Source of the DNA: Diplonema japonicum
Taxonomy: Eukaryota; Protista; Euglenozoa: Diplonemea
DNA length: 64,000 bases
Direction: 5' to 3'
Assembly: GCA_964019335.1 (NCBI GenBank)
Contig: OZ025687.1
Location: forward strand, 186,001-250,000
A program made the translations under genes and the position numbers. Under the pieces are notes generated by a model. The model had not been told where the DNA came from. It ran no database searches and was given only the letters and a program-made list of their open reading frames with translations. This document shows positions 33,700-46,147 of this stretch, one piece after another (position 1 is the first letter of the stretch; every line of letters begins with the position of its first letter).

Positions 33700-36600
33700 T
33701 TCGGTGTGCGGGTGGGTGCTCACCGTTCAGGGAGAAATTCACACTAATCGGTCACCGTTCTGCGGTTGCTGTCTGGTGCCTGCGGTGGCTGTTTGTCGCG
33801 ATGAGATGGACGGCATCTGGGCGAGAAACATTGCTTGGAGTCGTGCTAGGTAGGGGGCGGTTTGGCTCGAGGAGAAGAGTGGTCTCCTGTCGTAGCCGTG
33901 TGTCGTCGGGCCCCCAAGATGTCGAAGGGTGTGTACCCTTGTCTTTGCGTTGGCGGGGAAAGCATTCTTCCCACTCTTTGCTGTGCATTTCTGAATACGT
34001 CCTAAGATGTATCGCATCCTTCCAGCCTTCTCTGTGAGCCAGTCCTGGTCGTCGAGGGGTCCAGCCAAGGACTGCCGGGTGGCCTGCTCATAGTCTACTG
34101 CGAGCTCCATCGTCGTGACGGACGTCAACTTCCTACCTGCGTACCATCTTAGGCTTTTCAGCCACCTGAGGACGCTCTTCATGTAGAACATTAGGACCTT
34201 TCCCGACGCTCCGTTCGATTTCAACAGCTCCACTGTGGGCACAGTGTGCTGCTTCCCCGTTGTGATCTCATCCCACGGGTTGGTGGTGAGGATTCTGGTG
34301 CTCCGTTCAGCCGCTCTGGCGTCTCGTCTTGACACGACATCCAACAGGTATCGTTGCACGACTGCCGCCTGTTGCTTCGCAGCCCCCGTTGCGCCCCTTG
34401 GAATGATCCCGTGGAGGGCGGTCACTGCAGGTAGGTCACTTCGCGTCATCCCGCCATATCTTTCGTTTGTCAGGGCAGCTCTCGCTGGTGCACATTCCCA
34501 TAGGGCGTGCTCCGTGACTTCTGTCGTCGTCTGGCATCGATGGTCGCAGACGTCGCACGCAAGAGACGAGCTTTCCACACCCTCACGTTCATCCAATTGC
34601 TTCCCCCACACTCGAGGGTGTACCGTGAACACTGCACCGCTGATGATCCGCCGCAGTCTGTACGATATCAGCGGTCTCCGTGACTGGAGCTTCCTCCACC
34701 AGGCGTTCGTGGACGGACATGCACCCGCTTCCATTCCAGCAAAAGACGACCTGCCGTGGATCAATTCCTTTGCAACAGCCGGTCTGATCGCCTGTCTTAC
34801 TTCATGGCGTCTCGCACTGGGCACCAGAGCGCGCAAACCTTCAATGAAGGACCACCCCTTGTTCAGGAAGGGTAGCCACCTCTTCAGCAAGACCCCTAGC
34901 GGCCCCCTCTCCTCGTCGTCCTCTCGCTCCCGGTACAGTGTAACAATCTCATTGACTCGCTGCCACAGTTGTGGGGAGGTGAGGCTTTCTCGCATCAGGC
35001 AGTTCACCGTGTTGTAAACAATCTTCGCTTGTGGATATGCTGTGTGTCCAGGTAACAGCACATTGAGCACAGCCATCGGGGATCTCATCCTGAAGCGCGG
35101 TCCCCACAGGGAAGTCACCGTCGCTGTACAGAGCTTCTTCAGCTGGTTGTCAGACGGCGCAGCGTAGGTCGTACCGTATAGACAGGATGGTAGCACAGTG
35201 CCCGTCAGCATTGACGCCTTGTTCCCGAAGCTTAATGGCAATGCACCAAGCCGGGACAAACGGCCTTCGGCGGAATGTAGCTTGTCCAAACTATGTTTCC
35301 CGTTCATGTTCAGGATCACGCCAAGCGCCTTGATCCCCTTCGTCACTCTGAACGATGAGCCTGTGCACTTCAACCAAGGGCCGATCTCATCCTTCGTCGA
35401 GAATGCTTGTGACTTGTTTTCGTTAAGGCGCATGCCTGTCCGCTCGCAAAACTCGATTGTTTTGTTGGTCGCTCTCTTGAGTACCTCGACCAAACGCGCA
35501 AGTAGGTACGCGTCGTCCGCGTACGACAGCGATCGCGAGCCAGGTACCTCAGCAATCACGCACTTCACCATCACTGACACCAGAGCGTTCACCAGGATGA
35601 CGGAGATTGGACACCCTTGGAGAATTCCATTTGTCACGTGGAACTCGGAACCCACGCCAGTAGGGAAGCGGAAACGTCTTTTGAGGCCTGCGTACATCGC
35701 TTTGAGCGGGGTCAGTATCCTCTGGTGCAAACCCAGGTCTTGCATAAGCCCGAACGCTACTTTCTGTGGCACCCTGTCGAAGCACTTGACGAAGTCCAGT
35801 GCTATGCCGTTAAGAGGGGTGTTGGTCAGCATCGCCGTCTCCAGCTGCGTGCTGAGCTCCATCAGGATGCTGTCCGTCCCGTGACGTGGTCGAAAACCAT
35901 GCTGCGAGTCGTCCGCCCATTTCTCTTGCCATGGCGATATATCACGCAACCTGGCACAGGCCCACAGTCTGTAGACCGCACTCGTGACTGTGATGGGGCG
36001 GTGGTTGAGCGGAGTCCTCTCGCCTCCCTTCGGGATCAGCGTAACCAACGCCGTCAGGAGTGCCTTCGGCCACTTCCCTGTCACCTCGATGGCGTTGAAG
36101 AGCATCGCCCACGCATCCAACAATACATTTGGCATAGCGCGAAGTTCTGCCATCCTCCACCCATCAACTCCCGGTGCTGTCCTCGTCGATTTCTTGGCCA
36201 GAACTGCTCTCAGATCAGCCCCTGTCAGTGGCTGGAGCACCATGTCATGCGTCGAGATGTATGGCCCGTATCTAGCCTTGAAGGCCTCGTACGATGGTTC
36301 TTCATGCCCTTCACCGTACATCTGGAGCACGCCGTCCCATTCCGCGTGCATCATCCTGTCCATCTCGTCGAGGTCTGCGGTCAGCACTCCGCCGCTCTCC
36401 ACTGCCTGCGCCGCTGACGTAGAAGTGTTTTTCACAAAGGCGGTCATCCCCCTCCGCTCCTCCTGGAACTGGGTGTTGATCCTCGCCTCGTACTTCTTCT
36501 CCCGCTCCACTCTCGTGTCCTTTGCGATCTCGCGTAGTAGCGAGGAGAGGTTGTCGTCTAGCAGTTGAAGTCTGGTGACAATCGACTCCAGGTCATCCTT

Positions 36601-37551
36601 CAGCAAGTTCCTATCAAACACTGGAGGGTTCGGCAGTTTCTCCAGCAAACTCAGAGCATTCGCCCAAGTCTTCAACAGAACTACTGGCATGTTGCACACT
36701 TGTCCCTTGTCAATCATCACCTGGATTTCCGCGCTGATGTGTGCAAGCTTCCTCTGCAAACAGGCAATCGACTTCTGTCTACCCACCGCTGCGCCCGTGG
36801 CTTCCTTTACAGACTTGGCCGACAGGCATTTCTCCTTGGGTTTGCGCTCCTCGCCCCTCCCTCGGAAAGTCTTCTGTTGCTCCATCGGCACGCCTGTGAT
36901 GCAGTGTCTTTCCGAGACGTCAGCCAGCACACGGTATGCGCCGTCGATGTCCTCAAGTTTTTGGATGAATCTCTCCGCCTGTAGCAGCTCAATCACGTGG
37001 TCATCACTAGCAGTCGACACCGGCAGTTCCTTCGGGATGAAGTACTTGCGTGTCTTGCTCTTGAGAGTAGGGATACACAGTTTGATGGAGAGGCATCTGT
37101 GTTCGTTGGTATACACCGTGTCGTGGACCCACGCCTTCTGTAGTCCCGCCGCAGCGATCGGGTTCATCAAGACGTAGTCGATGCGTGTCTTTGTGTCAGT
37201 GGCTCTCCTCACAAAGGTGTGGCTCGGCCTTACCCCGTCTTTCTCGGCCTGCATTGCTGCTGCATCCACCCAGTCACACCCAACCGCCTGCTGTAGTACA
37301 CCTGATTGCGACACCTCGGTGTTTAGGTCCCCCGCGACGATGATAGGAACATCTCCCAGGGCACATCTCATCTCGTTCAGCACCTTGTTCAAAAGTGTCT
37401 CACGCTGGTGTTTGCCGTAACTTCCCGAGTGGCAATATACCACAATGAGGTGGAGCCACATGTCTCGTCCGTCCAAGTTGATCATAGCATGGACCCACCT
37501 GTTGCCGTCGTCCATCGAAGCGACTGCTTTGACTATCGCCGGCCTGCACCG
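33700..37551 (-). mobile_element. Non-LTR (LINE) retrotransposon, 5'-truncated, open ORF with APE endonuclease, reverse transcriptase and C-terminal Cys/His motif
   Basis: ORF 33739-37611 has APE motifs AGDLN and RIDY, RT motifs APGVDG, LDFVKCFD, ILQGCPIS and YADD, then CDVC...H...C. Short 3' UTR hairpin at 33703-33724. Confidence 0.95.
33739..37551 (-). CDS. LINE ORF2-like polyprotein (partial APE endonuclease plus reverse transcriptase)
   Basis: Uninterrupted reading frame of about 1270 codons with intact YADD. Confidence 0.9.
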   Translation of the reverse strand, partial: RCRPAIVKAVASMDDGNRWVHAMINLDGRDMWLHLIVVYCHSGSYGKHQRETLLNKVLNEMRCALGDVPIIVAGDLNTEVSQSGVLQQAVGCDWVDAAAMQAEKDGVRPSHTFVRRATDTKTRIDYVLMNPIAAAGLQKAWVHDTVYTNEHRCLSIKLCIPTLKSKTRKYFIPKELPVSTASDDHVIELLQAERFIQKLEDIDGAYRVLADVSERHCITGVPMEQQKTFRGRGEERKPKEKCLSAKSVKEATGAAVGRQKSIACLQRKLAHISAEIQVMIDKGQVCNMPVVLLKTWANALSLLEKLPNPPVFDRNLLKDDLESIVTRLQLLDDNLSSLLREIAKDTRVEREKKYEARINTQFQEERRGMTAFVKNTSTSAAQAVESGGVLTADLDEMDRMMHAEWDGVLQMYGEGHEEPSYEAFKARYGPYISTHDMVLQPLTGADLRAVLAKKSTRTAPGVDGWRMAELRAMPNVLLDAWAMLFNAIEVTGKWPKALLTALVTLIPKGGERTPLNHRPITVTSAVYRLWACARLRDISPWQEKWADDSQHGFRPRHGTDSILMELSTQLETAMLTNTPLNGIALDFVKCFDRVPQKVAFGLMQDLGLHQRILTPLKAMYAGLKRRFRFPTGVGSEFHVTNGILQGCPISVILVNALVSVMVKCVIAEVPGSRSLSYADDAYLLARLVEVLKRATNKTIEFCERTGMRLNENKSQAFSTKDEIGPWLKCTGSSFRVTKGIKALGVILNMNGKHSLDKLHSAEGRLSRLGALPLSFGNKASMLTGTVLPSCLYGTTYAAPSDNQLKKLCTATVTSLWGPRFRMRSPMAVLNVLLPGHTAYPQAKIVYNTVNCLMRESLTSPQLWQRVNEIVTLYREREDDEERGPLGVLLKRWLPFLNKGWSFIEGLRALVPSARRHEVRQAIRPAVAKELIHGRSSFAGMEAGACPSTNAWWRKLQSRRPLISYRLRRIISGAVFTVHPRVWGKQLDEREGVESSSLACDVCDHRCQTTTEVTEHALWECAPARAALTNERYGGMTRSDLPAVTALHGIIPRGATGAAKQQAAVVQRYLLDVVSRRDARAAERSTRILTTNPWDEITTGKQHTVPTVELLKSNGASGKVLMFYMKSVLRWLKSLRWYAGRKLTSVTTMELAVDYEQATRQSLAGPLDDQDWLTEKAGRMRYILGRIQKCTAKSGKNAFPANAKTRVHTLRHLGGPTTHGYDRRPLFSSSQTAPYLARLQAMFLAQMPSISSRQTATAGTRQQPQNGDRLV

Positions 37552-37607
37552 CTGTACTAGTAAAACTAGGAAAAAAAAAAAAAATACAATGTATTGTATT
37601 TCCCGTC

Positions 37608-40600
37608 TCACTGCCTAACATGATGCAGTCCCTTCTGAGGAGAAGAGTTTAAAGGGATGTGGTTACCATTAGTAGCCCCATTCGTTTCAAGCTGTCGTGA
37701 GCTGCCGTATAATGGGTTATAGGTAGGCTGCTGTAGCCGTGGTACAATTGATGGATATGACTGATTTGCTGTGTACGGGGAGGAAGGTACTACCGGCTGA
37801 CCACGGCCCCTGCCAGCTGCGGTTGCACGCTGGAGCTCTTCTCTTATGATCTGTTTCATGTCGTCTTTGGTGATGCTCTCTTGTTCAGGTTCTTTGGCAA
37901 CGATTCGCCTCTTTTCCTTCTCGTTCGTCGTGGCGGCTGACGAGGTGGCAGTGTTCGTCTTCAACTTGAAATCCTTGAGCTCCTGCGGCTCCCTCCAGCA
38001 CCTCACACCCGTTTCCTTATTCCAGAAGTAAGGTCTGTTATAAGTGGTGTCCCACGTCTCCCTCCATTGGGTTTCATTGTCTTGCTTCTGATGCTGTTGT
38101 TGGGATTGAGGTTGGGGTTGGGGTCGGTCCCACTCGATTTGCTTTACCACAGGAGGCACTGGGGCATTGACATATTCGGGTGCTGCCTTTGGTTCCAGCG
38201 CTTGCGGTAGCTGGAGCTGTGGCAGCTCTGTGTTGTCCGGAGCCAGCAATTCCTTTGAAGGCGGGGGGCTTCTGTCAAATGCCTTGCTCAAAGATGTTCT
38301 CGCGTACTCTTCGCCCCGTAGACCGGACCACAGCGCAATGCTGCGAATTTTTGACTTCATCCTCCCCCACCGCTGCAGCGCCCTAGTGTGCACCGACCCC
38401 CACACAGACTCATCTACAAGAAACACAATGGCGTGGTTTGAAAAGCTCCCGTATTTGAACCCTGGTGGCAGAAGCTGCGGGAACCTGAGTGTGTCCTCCT
38501 CTTGGTACTCCCACACTTGCCCCTTTATCAACACGGCGATCGCGTTCTCTGGCATCTTTATTCTTTTGCACGCACCCCACTCGTCCCCTCTACTTGCGTC
38601 CAGTACATACTCCACATACCCACCTCGTGCAGTCTTTGATATCCTCTTCTTGTCCCACAGGTTGTACGTTGAGTCGATGCCCATCAGCATGCGTGTCACA
38701 TCTATCCCGTTGGCCCGCCACAGCTCTGACGCTAAAGAAGAGAAGTCGTTTAAGAGTTGTGCTAGCTTCTTAGCATCTAAAAAGAGCATCTGAAATGAAA
38801 ATGATCACCGCCCACCCCCCGACCACATACCGTGCACTCGGTCTCTGTGAAGGTCTCGCTGAAACGCTCCGACCCCTTGTGCGGTGAGGTCAATAGAGAC
38901 TGAAGACCGAGAGTGTACCCGCAACCGTAGGCAAACAGCTTACGTCCCAACCTGATCTGAACCACACCCGTGGCGACGATGAACAGGCCAGGGCACGCCC
39001 ATGACTTGTCCGTGGGGCGGTTGAGCTCTTTGGACTTGATGCGCATGAAAGACGACTTCAAGTCAGCGTTCCACGTCTGTAGCGCACCCGGCTCGGAAGC
39101 CATCTCACGCAAGGCACGTTGAGCTTCAGGTTCGCAACCAGAGAACCAACTGGTTAGCTCTAGTATTTCGTCAGTGCTCGGAAGCTCCATCTTGTCGGGG
39201 AACTTCTTCTCGATTTTCTTCATCTGCTTCTCAATGCCCTTCACGAGCAGCAATTTATCCTATGTGGTGGGTGTGCGGGCGGTGCAACGGGCATACCCCT
39301 TCATCGATCCTTCCTTCCTTCAGCAAGGCACCTACCTCGCTGCGCATGTTGTTCAGTGTGCTCCTCGACGCGTGGCGCGTGCGCACCGCACGTGCATAAC
39401 CAGCGAGCGAGGGGTCGTTGCGAATCATGTTGCTGAGCTTGTTGACGGTGTCAGTGGACGTCTGTGTGTGTGGTCGACATGAAGGGCAGGATACCTTTTT
39501 AGAGTGAGCAACGATTACTTTCGCCACACTGGGCTCCGCCAGTAACGGGATCTTCTGCTGTGCGTAGCGGTGAATCATGAGGTACCCGACTGCTATCTCA
39601 AAAGACGACTTTATCTGTAGCGGCGATGGACCAAAGCAAAGGAGTGCATACCCATGTTTTCCTTCTGAACCAGTTGAACTTAGGTGCCACCATGATGGCG
39701 TCAAGACTGTTTGCCTCGAGGTACCCAGGGCTCTCTGCCGAGAGGGTATCGGGGTTCAGCTCGTAGGCAGCTTGCACTATTTCAGACAGCCTCCGAGCAG
39801 ACACAGCAGCGATAGCACCCCCTGCGTACTGAGTATGGATGGAGGATACCGCAGTGTTCAGGTACGCAATGCGGCCTGCCTCGAGCGCTTCCTGATGACT
39901 GAAGGCATCCAACTCGCGGAGGTTGCCTTTATGGTTGTAGGGATCTATGTAGGTCTCTTCAAGGTCCTCTCCGAGGTCTGTTATGTTACCTACGTTTTTC
40001 CAGTTGCAGTCGTAGTACAGAGGTTCCTTGCGCAGCTCGTAGATCTCGTTGTTGGAGACGTCTCTGATCTGCTCAAACTTCTCTTTCATCATGCGCCGCC
40101 TCCTGAGCTCAACGGCGTTCAGCTCGAAGTACGACACAAGCTTCTGCGTTGTGGTCCCGTTGACAAGCAGCGTCAGGATCACAATGCCAGCCGTGTGGAA
40201 AACCACCTTGTCCCGCACGTTTGGCTGCACCACTTCGGTGTCGTTTTGCAATACGAGCGCTAGTGAAAGACCGACCGCACCTCTGAGCCCGCCCCACGCC
40301 ACCAGTGCGATGGTGCCGCCCGACAGCTTGGACGCAGGTCTGCACATATTCATTGCATAACAAAAGGCACCACAGACAAGCCCCCTCACGATGTTGATGG
40401 TCGCGTAGGTAATGACGAGGTACACGGCGTCCATGCCCTCCAGGTTGTTAAACGCCTTCAAGGCGACGATCATCCCTGCAAGTGCGAAGATACAGGAGTT
40501 TGTAAGAAATACAGCAACCTCCCAGAAGTGGTGCAAAGTGTGTTCCACCTCAGGTGAGATGCAGTGTCGGAAGTACGAGAGGTAGCACCCCAGGGCAACG

Positions 40601-41772
40601 AGACCCAGGACGCCCGACACCTTTGCGAACGCCTCGCAGACGAAGAAGGTTATGTAGGATGAGGTGAGGGTGAGCGTGACTTCGATGAGAGTGTCATTGA
40701 AAACGCGTTCCAAGGACTTGACGGTGATGAAGGCGATGACAAGGCCGATCACGGGGCCACCGAGGGCGACGTACAGAAAGTTCCACACGATGGACAAGAT
40801 GCTGTCCTTCAGCTCGCATTCGAACTCTGGACAGTAGCACTGGTCTGTGCAGGACGACCAGTCCACGTCGCAGCTCTTCCGCTTCACGGCACCGATCAGC
40901 ACGTTGAAGAACACAATCGCCGTCCCGTCATTGAACAGCGATTCCCCTTCAATCATAGTCGATGTTAGCTTCGAGGCGCCCAGCTCCTTCAGCAGCGCTA
41001 CCACTGCCACGGGGTCGGTCGCGCTCAAGATTGTCCCGAACAGCAGACATGCCTCCATTGTCCACTCGTATTTCGTGAAGAACACCTTCGCCACGGTCCC
41101 TGTCAGCACCGAGGCGATCATCAGCCCAGGGCCAGCCAACAAGATACACGGCCCCACAACCTTCTTGAAAACCGGAATTTCCATTGCAAATGCTGACTCG
41201 AAGATCAGAACCGGCAAGAATGCGTACATGATCAAGTGGGGGTTCATGTCTGCAAGCCCCATGTATGTGTCCCAGGTGGAGTCTGTGCCGGCAACCTTGC
41301 CGATGGCACCGAAGCCGCACCCCAAGAGGAACATGACAACTGTGAAGGGAATCTTTGTGTCGAGGCAGACAAAGCGCACGAGGGCACCGAAGGCGAAGGT
41401 CCCGAAGAGGATGAGGAGGTTGTGAGGGGCTTTAGCATGGTCTTCGTCAGCTGCAGTGATCGTGCCTTGGCCTTCGGAGGTGTGTGTACCAAAAAGCTGC
41501 TGTGAACAGTAAGCCAAGGTCCCGTTTGTAACGTGAAGTATGCACTCCCGCTCAAACCAGGTGGGGTCGATCCCTTCACAATCCACGTCATCGCTCTGTG
41601 TCAGGGTCACTGTGGGCGTAGGAAGTGTCACCGATCTCTCCACTGTCCGCGTGATGGTCTCGGTTTCGGTTTTTGTAAGAAGCGTCTCGGTAAAGGTAGG
41701 CGTTATACTGGGCGGGGCCGCACCTACCTCTATCCAGAACACTATAACCAGGATTGCGAGAAAAGGCTTCAT
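37608..41772 (-). CDS. Na+/H+ exchanger (CPA1, SOS1/NHX7/SLC9C-like) with CNBD-like region and C-terminal WW domain
   Basis: FLPVLIFESAF, LSATDPVAVVALLK, IEGESLFNDGTA, WGGLRGAVGLSLAL. Introns about 39616-39651, 39462-39494, 39260-39296 and 38790-38831 join four ORFs. GLFIVATGVV and AIAVLIKGQV resemble cNMP-binding strands. Confidence 0.88.
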
Positions 41773-42047
41773 TTCTTATTCCCTTTTCTTTTTCTTTTTT
41801 TTTTTTTTTCTTTTTTTTTCCTTTTTCTGGTTCTCGCTTTTTTTTGTCTTTGTTTCTTTTTTTAAAATTCTTCGTATTCTTTTTTCTTATCTAATTCCTT
41901 TCTAACACATAATTGTTTTTTTTTTCTTGTTTTTGTCTTTTTTTTTTTTTTGTGGTGTGTCTCTGTATGAGGTGATGGTTATTGGAAAAACAAAAAAAGA
42001 AAAGTATATGAAAATGACTCAAAAGGGTGCGAAGTACGAGTGCGTGC

Positions 42048-42561
42048 TTACTTCTTCTTGGAGACACCAACGGTACGGCCACGACGGCCGGTGGTCTTGG
42101 TGTGCTGACCACGCACACGGAGGCCCCAGGCGTGACGGAGACCCCTGTGGTTCCTCATCTTCTTCAACCTCTCGAGGTCCTCACGGAGCTTGTTGTCCAC
42201 CAAGTTGGAGAGCATCTGACCGCTGGAACCATCCTTGGGGTCCTTCTTCCTGTTCAGGAACCAGTTGGGCACCTTGAACTCCTCGGGCTTGGAGATCACC
42301 TGCACAACACGCTCAATCTCTTCGTTGGAGAGGGTACCTGTAAAAAAAGAATTTAAAAAATATTTTTCCTCCCCCCATTCTCTACATACCGGCCCTGCGG
42401 TTCACGTCGACACCAGCCCTCTGGCAGGCAACGAAAGCCAACCTACGACCAACACCCTTAACGCCACGGATGGCGAACGGGACCTTCCTCTTACCGTCGC
42501 AGTTCGTGTTCAGAATACGCAACATGTGCTGGAAGTCCTCAGAGCCCATAACGAGAGTCAT
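42048..42561 (-). CDS. RPS18: 40S ribosomal protein S18 (uS13)
   Basis: [14 protein letters not shown]...[11 protein letters not shown]...[33 protein letters not shown]. Intron about 42338-42389. Confidence 0.98.
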
Positions 42562-42601
42562 CTTTGCTTACGATTTGGTCTAGCTTTGTATGGTTGTTCG
42601 T

Positions 42602-42635
<34 letters not shown>

Positions 42636-42686
42636 AAGCAGGCAAACAAACAAAAAAATATAAGATAAACTAGGTTGGAAAACCTG

Positions 42687-45600
42687 TCATTTTTTCACCT
42701 TCCAGCTTTGCACCAAGGGGCGGATCCTGCTTTCGAGGTCGTCGAAACGCCCCCTGATGTCCTGCACCACGCCCATCTCATCCTTCAGACGTAGGATCTG
42801 CTCTGCAGCCTTTTCTTGAATGAGCTCTCTTGCACGCTCGGCGGACTGGTGGTACTCATCCCGTTGGTCTTTGTTGTACTCCCATGCAATGTCAAGCCAC
42901 ACCTGTGTTTGAAAATCTCGGAGGAAAAAAAAAAAAAACAAATAGATACCCTGTACAAAAACTCCTCACTAAGGTCATCCTTGATATGCACGGGAATGGT
43001 GCTCATGTAGTCGTCTCTGTGAACAAAGATGCTGGCAAGCTGCTGGCGGTGCTCTTGCGCTTCCTGTATTTAATAATTTGTTTTTTTTCTTCTTTTCTTT
43101 TTTTTTTTTTTCTTTCTCCCTGATACCACGTCCTCGTCGGAAAGCATTTTGTTCCGGAACTCCTTCATCGCGTTCCTGACCTGCGACAGGAGTCCTGTTT
43201 GCGTCTTACGGTGTTTGATAAGCTTCCACTTGCGCTGCAGAGAAGCAGGGAGACATTCAGACTTCACATCTTCAAAGGTCTTGGCAAGCGTCGAATCCAG
43301 ATCGATAAAAGACTGCTCCGCAGAAACGTCGGCAAAGGCATCAGAAATGACGGCGATGAGAAAGTTCAAGAGTAGGAAGAGACCGAGGACCTGGAACGTC
43401 CAGAAGAAAGCGGATGCCATTTGTTTATTCTCATCCCGCAGCGCAGGGTAGTCGAAGTCTCCAAGAAGGTACCTAAGCAGTGTCGAGAACGAAGAGTTGA
43501 TGCTACGGAACTCAAAGATACCACCGCCGAAGACGGAGTTCCCTGTTATGGCGTAGCCGAAGACAACCCAAACAAACAAGACAAGAACACCGAGAATACT
43601 CTGCTGGCATGCAGCGAGCGTACGCGTCAGGATGTTCAACCTGTCGTTCAGCCGCACAAACTTCAAAATCTTCAAAAACGTCAGAATCGTATTTACAGAG
43701 TTCGTCCAGACCTGCATCATGAAAGCGTCTAAGATGTAGTCGAGGTCCTTTGGGTACTCTGTGGAGACCGGCGGCATCTTCGCCTTCTCGCTGTTTGTCA
43801 CAGACAGGCCCCACCATATGAACCTGTACACAAAGATCACCAAGAAGCAGACTAGATTGACGAGCTCGAGGAAGTTCCACGCGTCGAAGATGAACTTCAG
43901 GATGGACTTTGAAGTGAGGTAGTCGGAGTACCACTCGCGGACGAACGCTACGCAGTAGAACAATATGAACGAAAAGAAGAAGAAGTCGTAGATAGTCTTC
44001 GAGGTCATGTTTGTCGTCCACACGCGGAAGTTCTTTGTGACGCCTTCTGACAGCCACGCACCACCGGGCGCGACCTCCACGAAGTACTTATGAGCAGTGA
44101 AGTAGTTGACAAACGGCGTGTATGTCATGTATTCCACAGTTACGAAACGAGTAGCGCGATTGTCGACAAATCCATTATCGATGATGGCAGCCATCATGTC
44201 ACGCGCGGCATTAGGGGACGAGTAGAACGGGATCTCCACCGTGTGTCCCCCGGGCGGCCACAGTCTGTCGCCAACCTGTCCAGCAGTCCCTGTCCCCCCT
44301 ATCTCGCCCGACGTGAAATACTTGAAACCGAGGTCGTCGAACCATTTGTCTGCCCACTGCTTTGTGACGCCTAACTGTTGCTCCAGATACCCTACCTTGT
44401 TGAAGCTTCCAGTTGGGTATGGGTATCTGTTGCATGTAGAGGACTCTTCGCAAGCGAATGGTTCCATACTTGTTTTTGACGGCGACCACGGTCCGTAGCA
44501 CTGTTGGTAGAACTCCAACAGGGCTTCATTTTCAGGCTCGTACAGCGACCCGCTGAAGAACTCCGAGTTGACGCTGCAGGTGTCGTTCTTCACGCGCATG
44601 GTGCGGAACCTCACGGCGCCTATGAGGTACTTCCCACCAGTTGTTGGCGGTCTTCGTTCGGCGTTTCCGTCGGCGCCCCCTGCTCCCTGAAACAACCCCG
44701 GCAGCAGCACGCCCATCGCCCAATCATTGAAGTCCCCTGCGTTCGCAATGTCACCAAACCGTTTTGCAACTTTCAGAATTCCTACCTTCGGATCACATTG
44801 GACAGGGATATACGGTGCTCCTGTGTCTCTATTATCCCATGGCGAACCGTCGGGCAGCCTACACCACGGCTGCCTTGCAATCTCATTCCCTTCCATCACA
44901 TCCGTGGCAGCCCTTGTGATGAAGTACGACTGTTCGATCTCACGGCTGACGAGGAAGAAGAACACGAACATGAGCAGGAACGGTATGAATACTATAGAGT
45001 CGAGGAACAGCTTGCTCGATTTCACCTTGTAGTCCAATTTGTCGATGACGAAGTTAATGGGTAGCGCGTCATAATGGAAAACAGCCTCCCTAGGGTCCAT
45101 TTTGATCAGCGCTCGTTTCTTCTCTTTGTTGTAGTACTTCTTCTCGTCGTGGGTGTGGTACGCGTCGTCTTTCTTCTTCTTCCTTTCCTTCTCGACGCGT
45201 TCGTTGTCGTACGGGATGAACTGCGTGATGGGCTGCTTGACTGTCAGCAGGTCTGTTACATCCCATCTATTGACGTGTTTGTCGAAGCTGCAAGTACACA
45301 GTTGGTTGTTTTGCAGCGTCATGCATGTTACGGTTTTTTCATGCCCGAAGAGAACCTCCTTCACCTTCCAAGTCTCCATGTCCCAGCACGCTACAGTACC
45401 GTCCTTTGAGCATGAGAAGAGGATCAGACCGTGGACCAAGAGGCTCCTGACCTGTCCTTGGTGCCCCATCAAAACCCTTTCGCACTCCGCGCGTCCAGCA
45501 GGGTCGTCCCACACCTTGATCGTTGAATCAGAGGACCCGCTTATGAGCTGCCCCTCGCCTGTGATGCGAAGCGACCACACGGCGTCGGTGTGCGCGTCGA

Positions 45601-46147
45601 TCTGACGGATGCACTTTCTCGCTGATATGCTCCACACTTTGATGATGGACTTCGACCCTGAGAAGAGCCATCTGTCGCTTGTCGTTATGCAATTGACAGC
45701 TGATTTATGCCCCTTGAACGTGAAGACGCACTTCGAGGTGTTCGTGTTCCACTGCTTGATGGTGCGGTCGTCGCTGCCCGAGAAAAGCCCTGTGCCGTAG
45801 TCGGAGGGCATCACGCAGAGTGCTGCAACGAGGCCTTTGTGCCCCATGTAGGACTTGATGCACTCGTACGTGTTGTGGTCCCATTGCATGATCGACAGGT
45901 CCGCGCCTGATGTGAAGATACCCAGGCTGTTGTAGGTCACCGCGAGTACCGCGTCAGAGTGGCCTACACCCTCGACCTCAGATGACATAGGCTCCAGCTG
46001 CGTTTCCAGCTTCCCATTTCTGGGGTCGTACACTTTCACCTCCCCACTCCCTGCACCGCCAACGAACAGCCTCCCACCAGGCAGCGCCGTCATCCCGTAC
46101 ATTCTGTCCCCCGTCGTCCATCGCGCAGCAGGGATACGCTGGGTCAT
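42687..46147 (-). CDS. WD40-repeat / polycystin-2 (TRPP, PKD2-like) cation channel fusion
   Basis: About seven GH...WD repeats, then a polycystin domain (GAVRFRTMRVKNDTC, FVDNRATRFVTVEY) and six TM helices with pore (TLLRYLLGDFDY, FLLLNFLIAVISDAF). 3' introns about 43064-43125 and 42903-42949. Confidence 0.87.
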
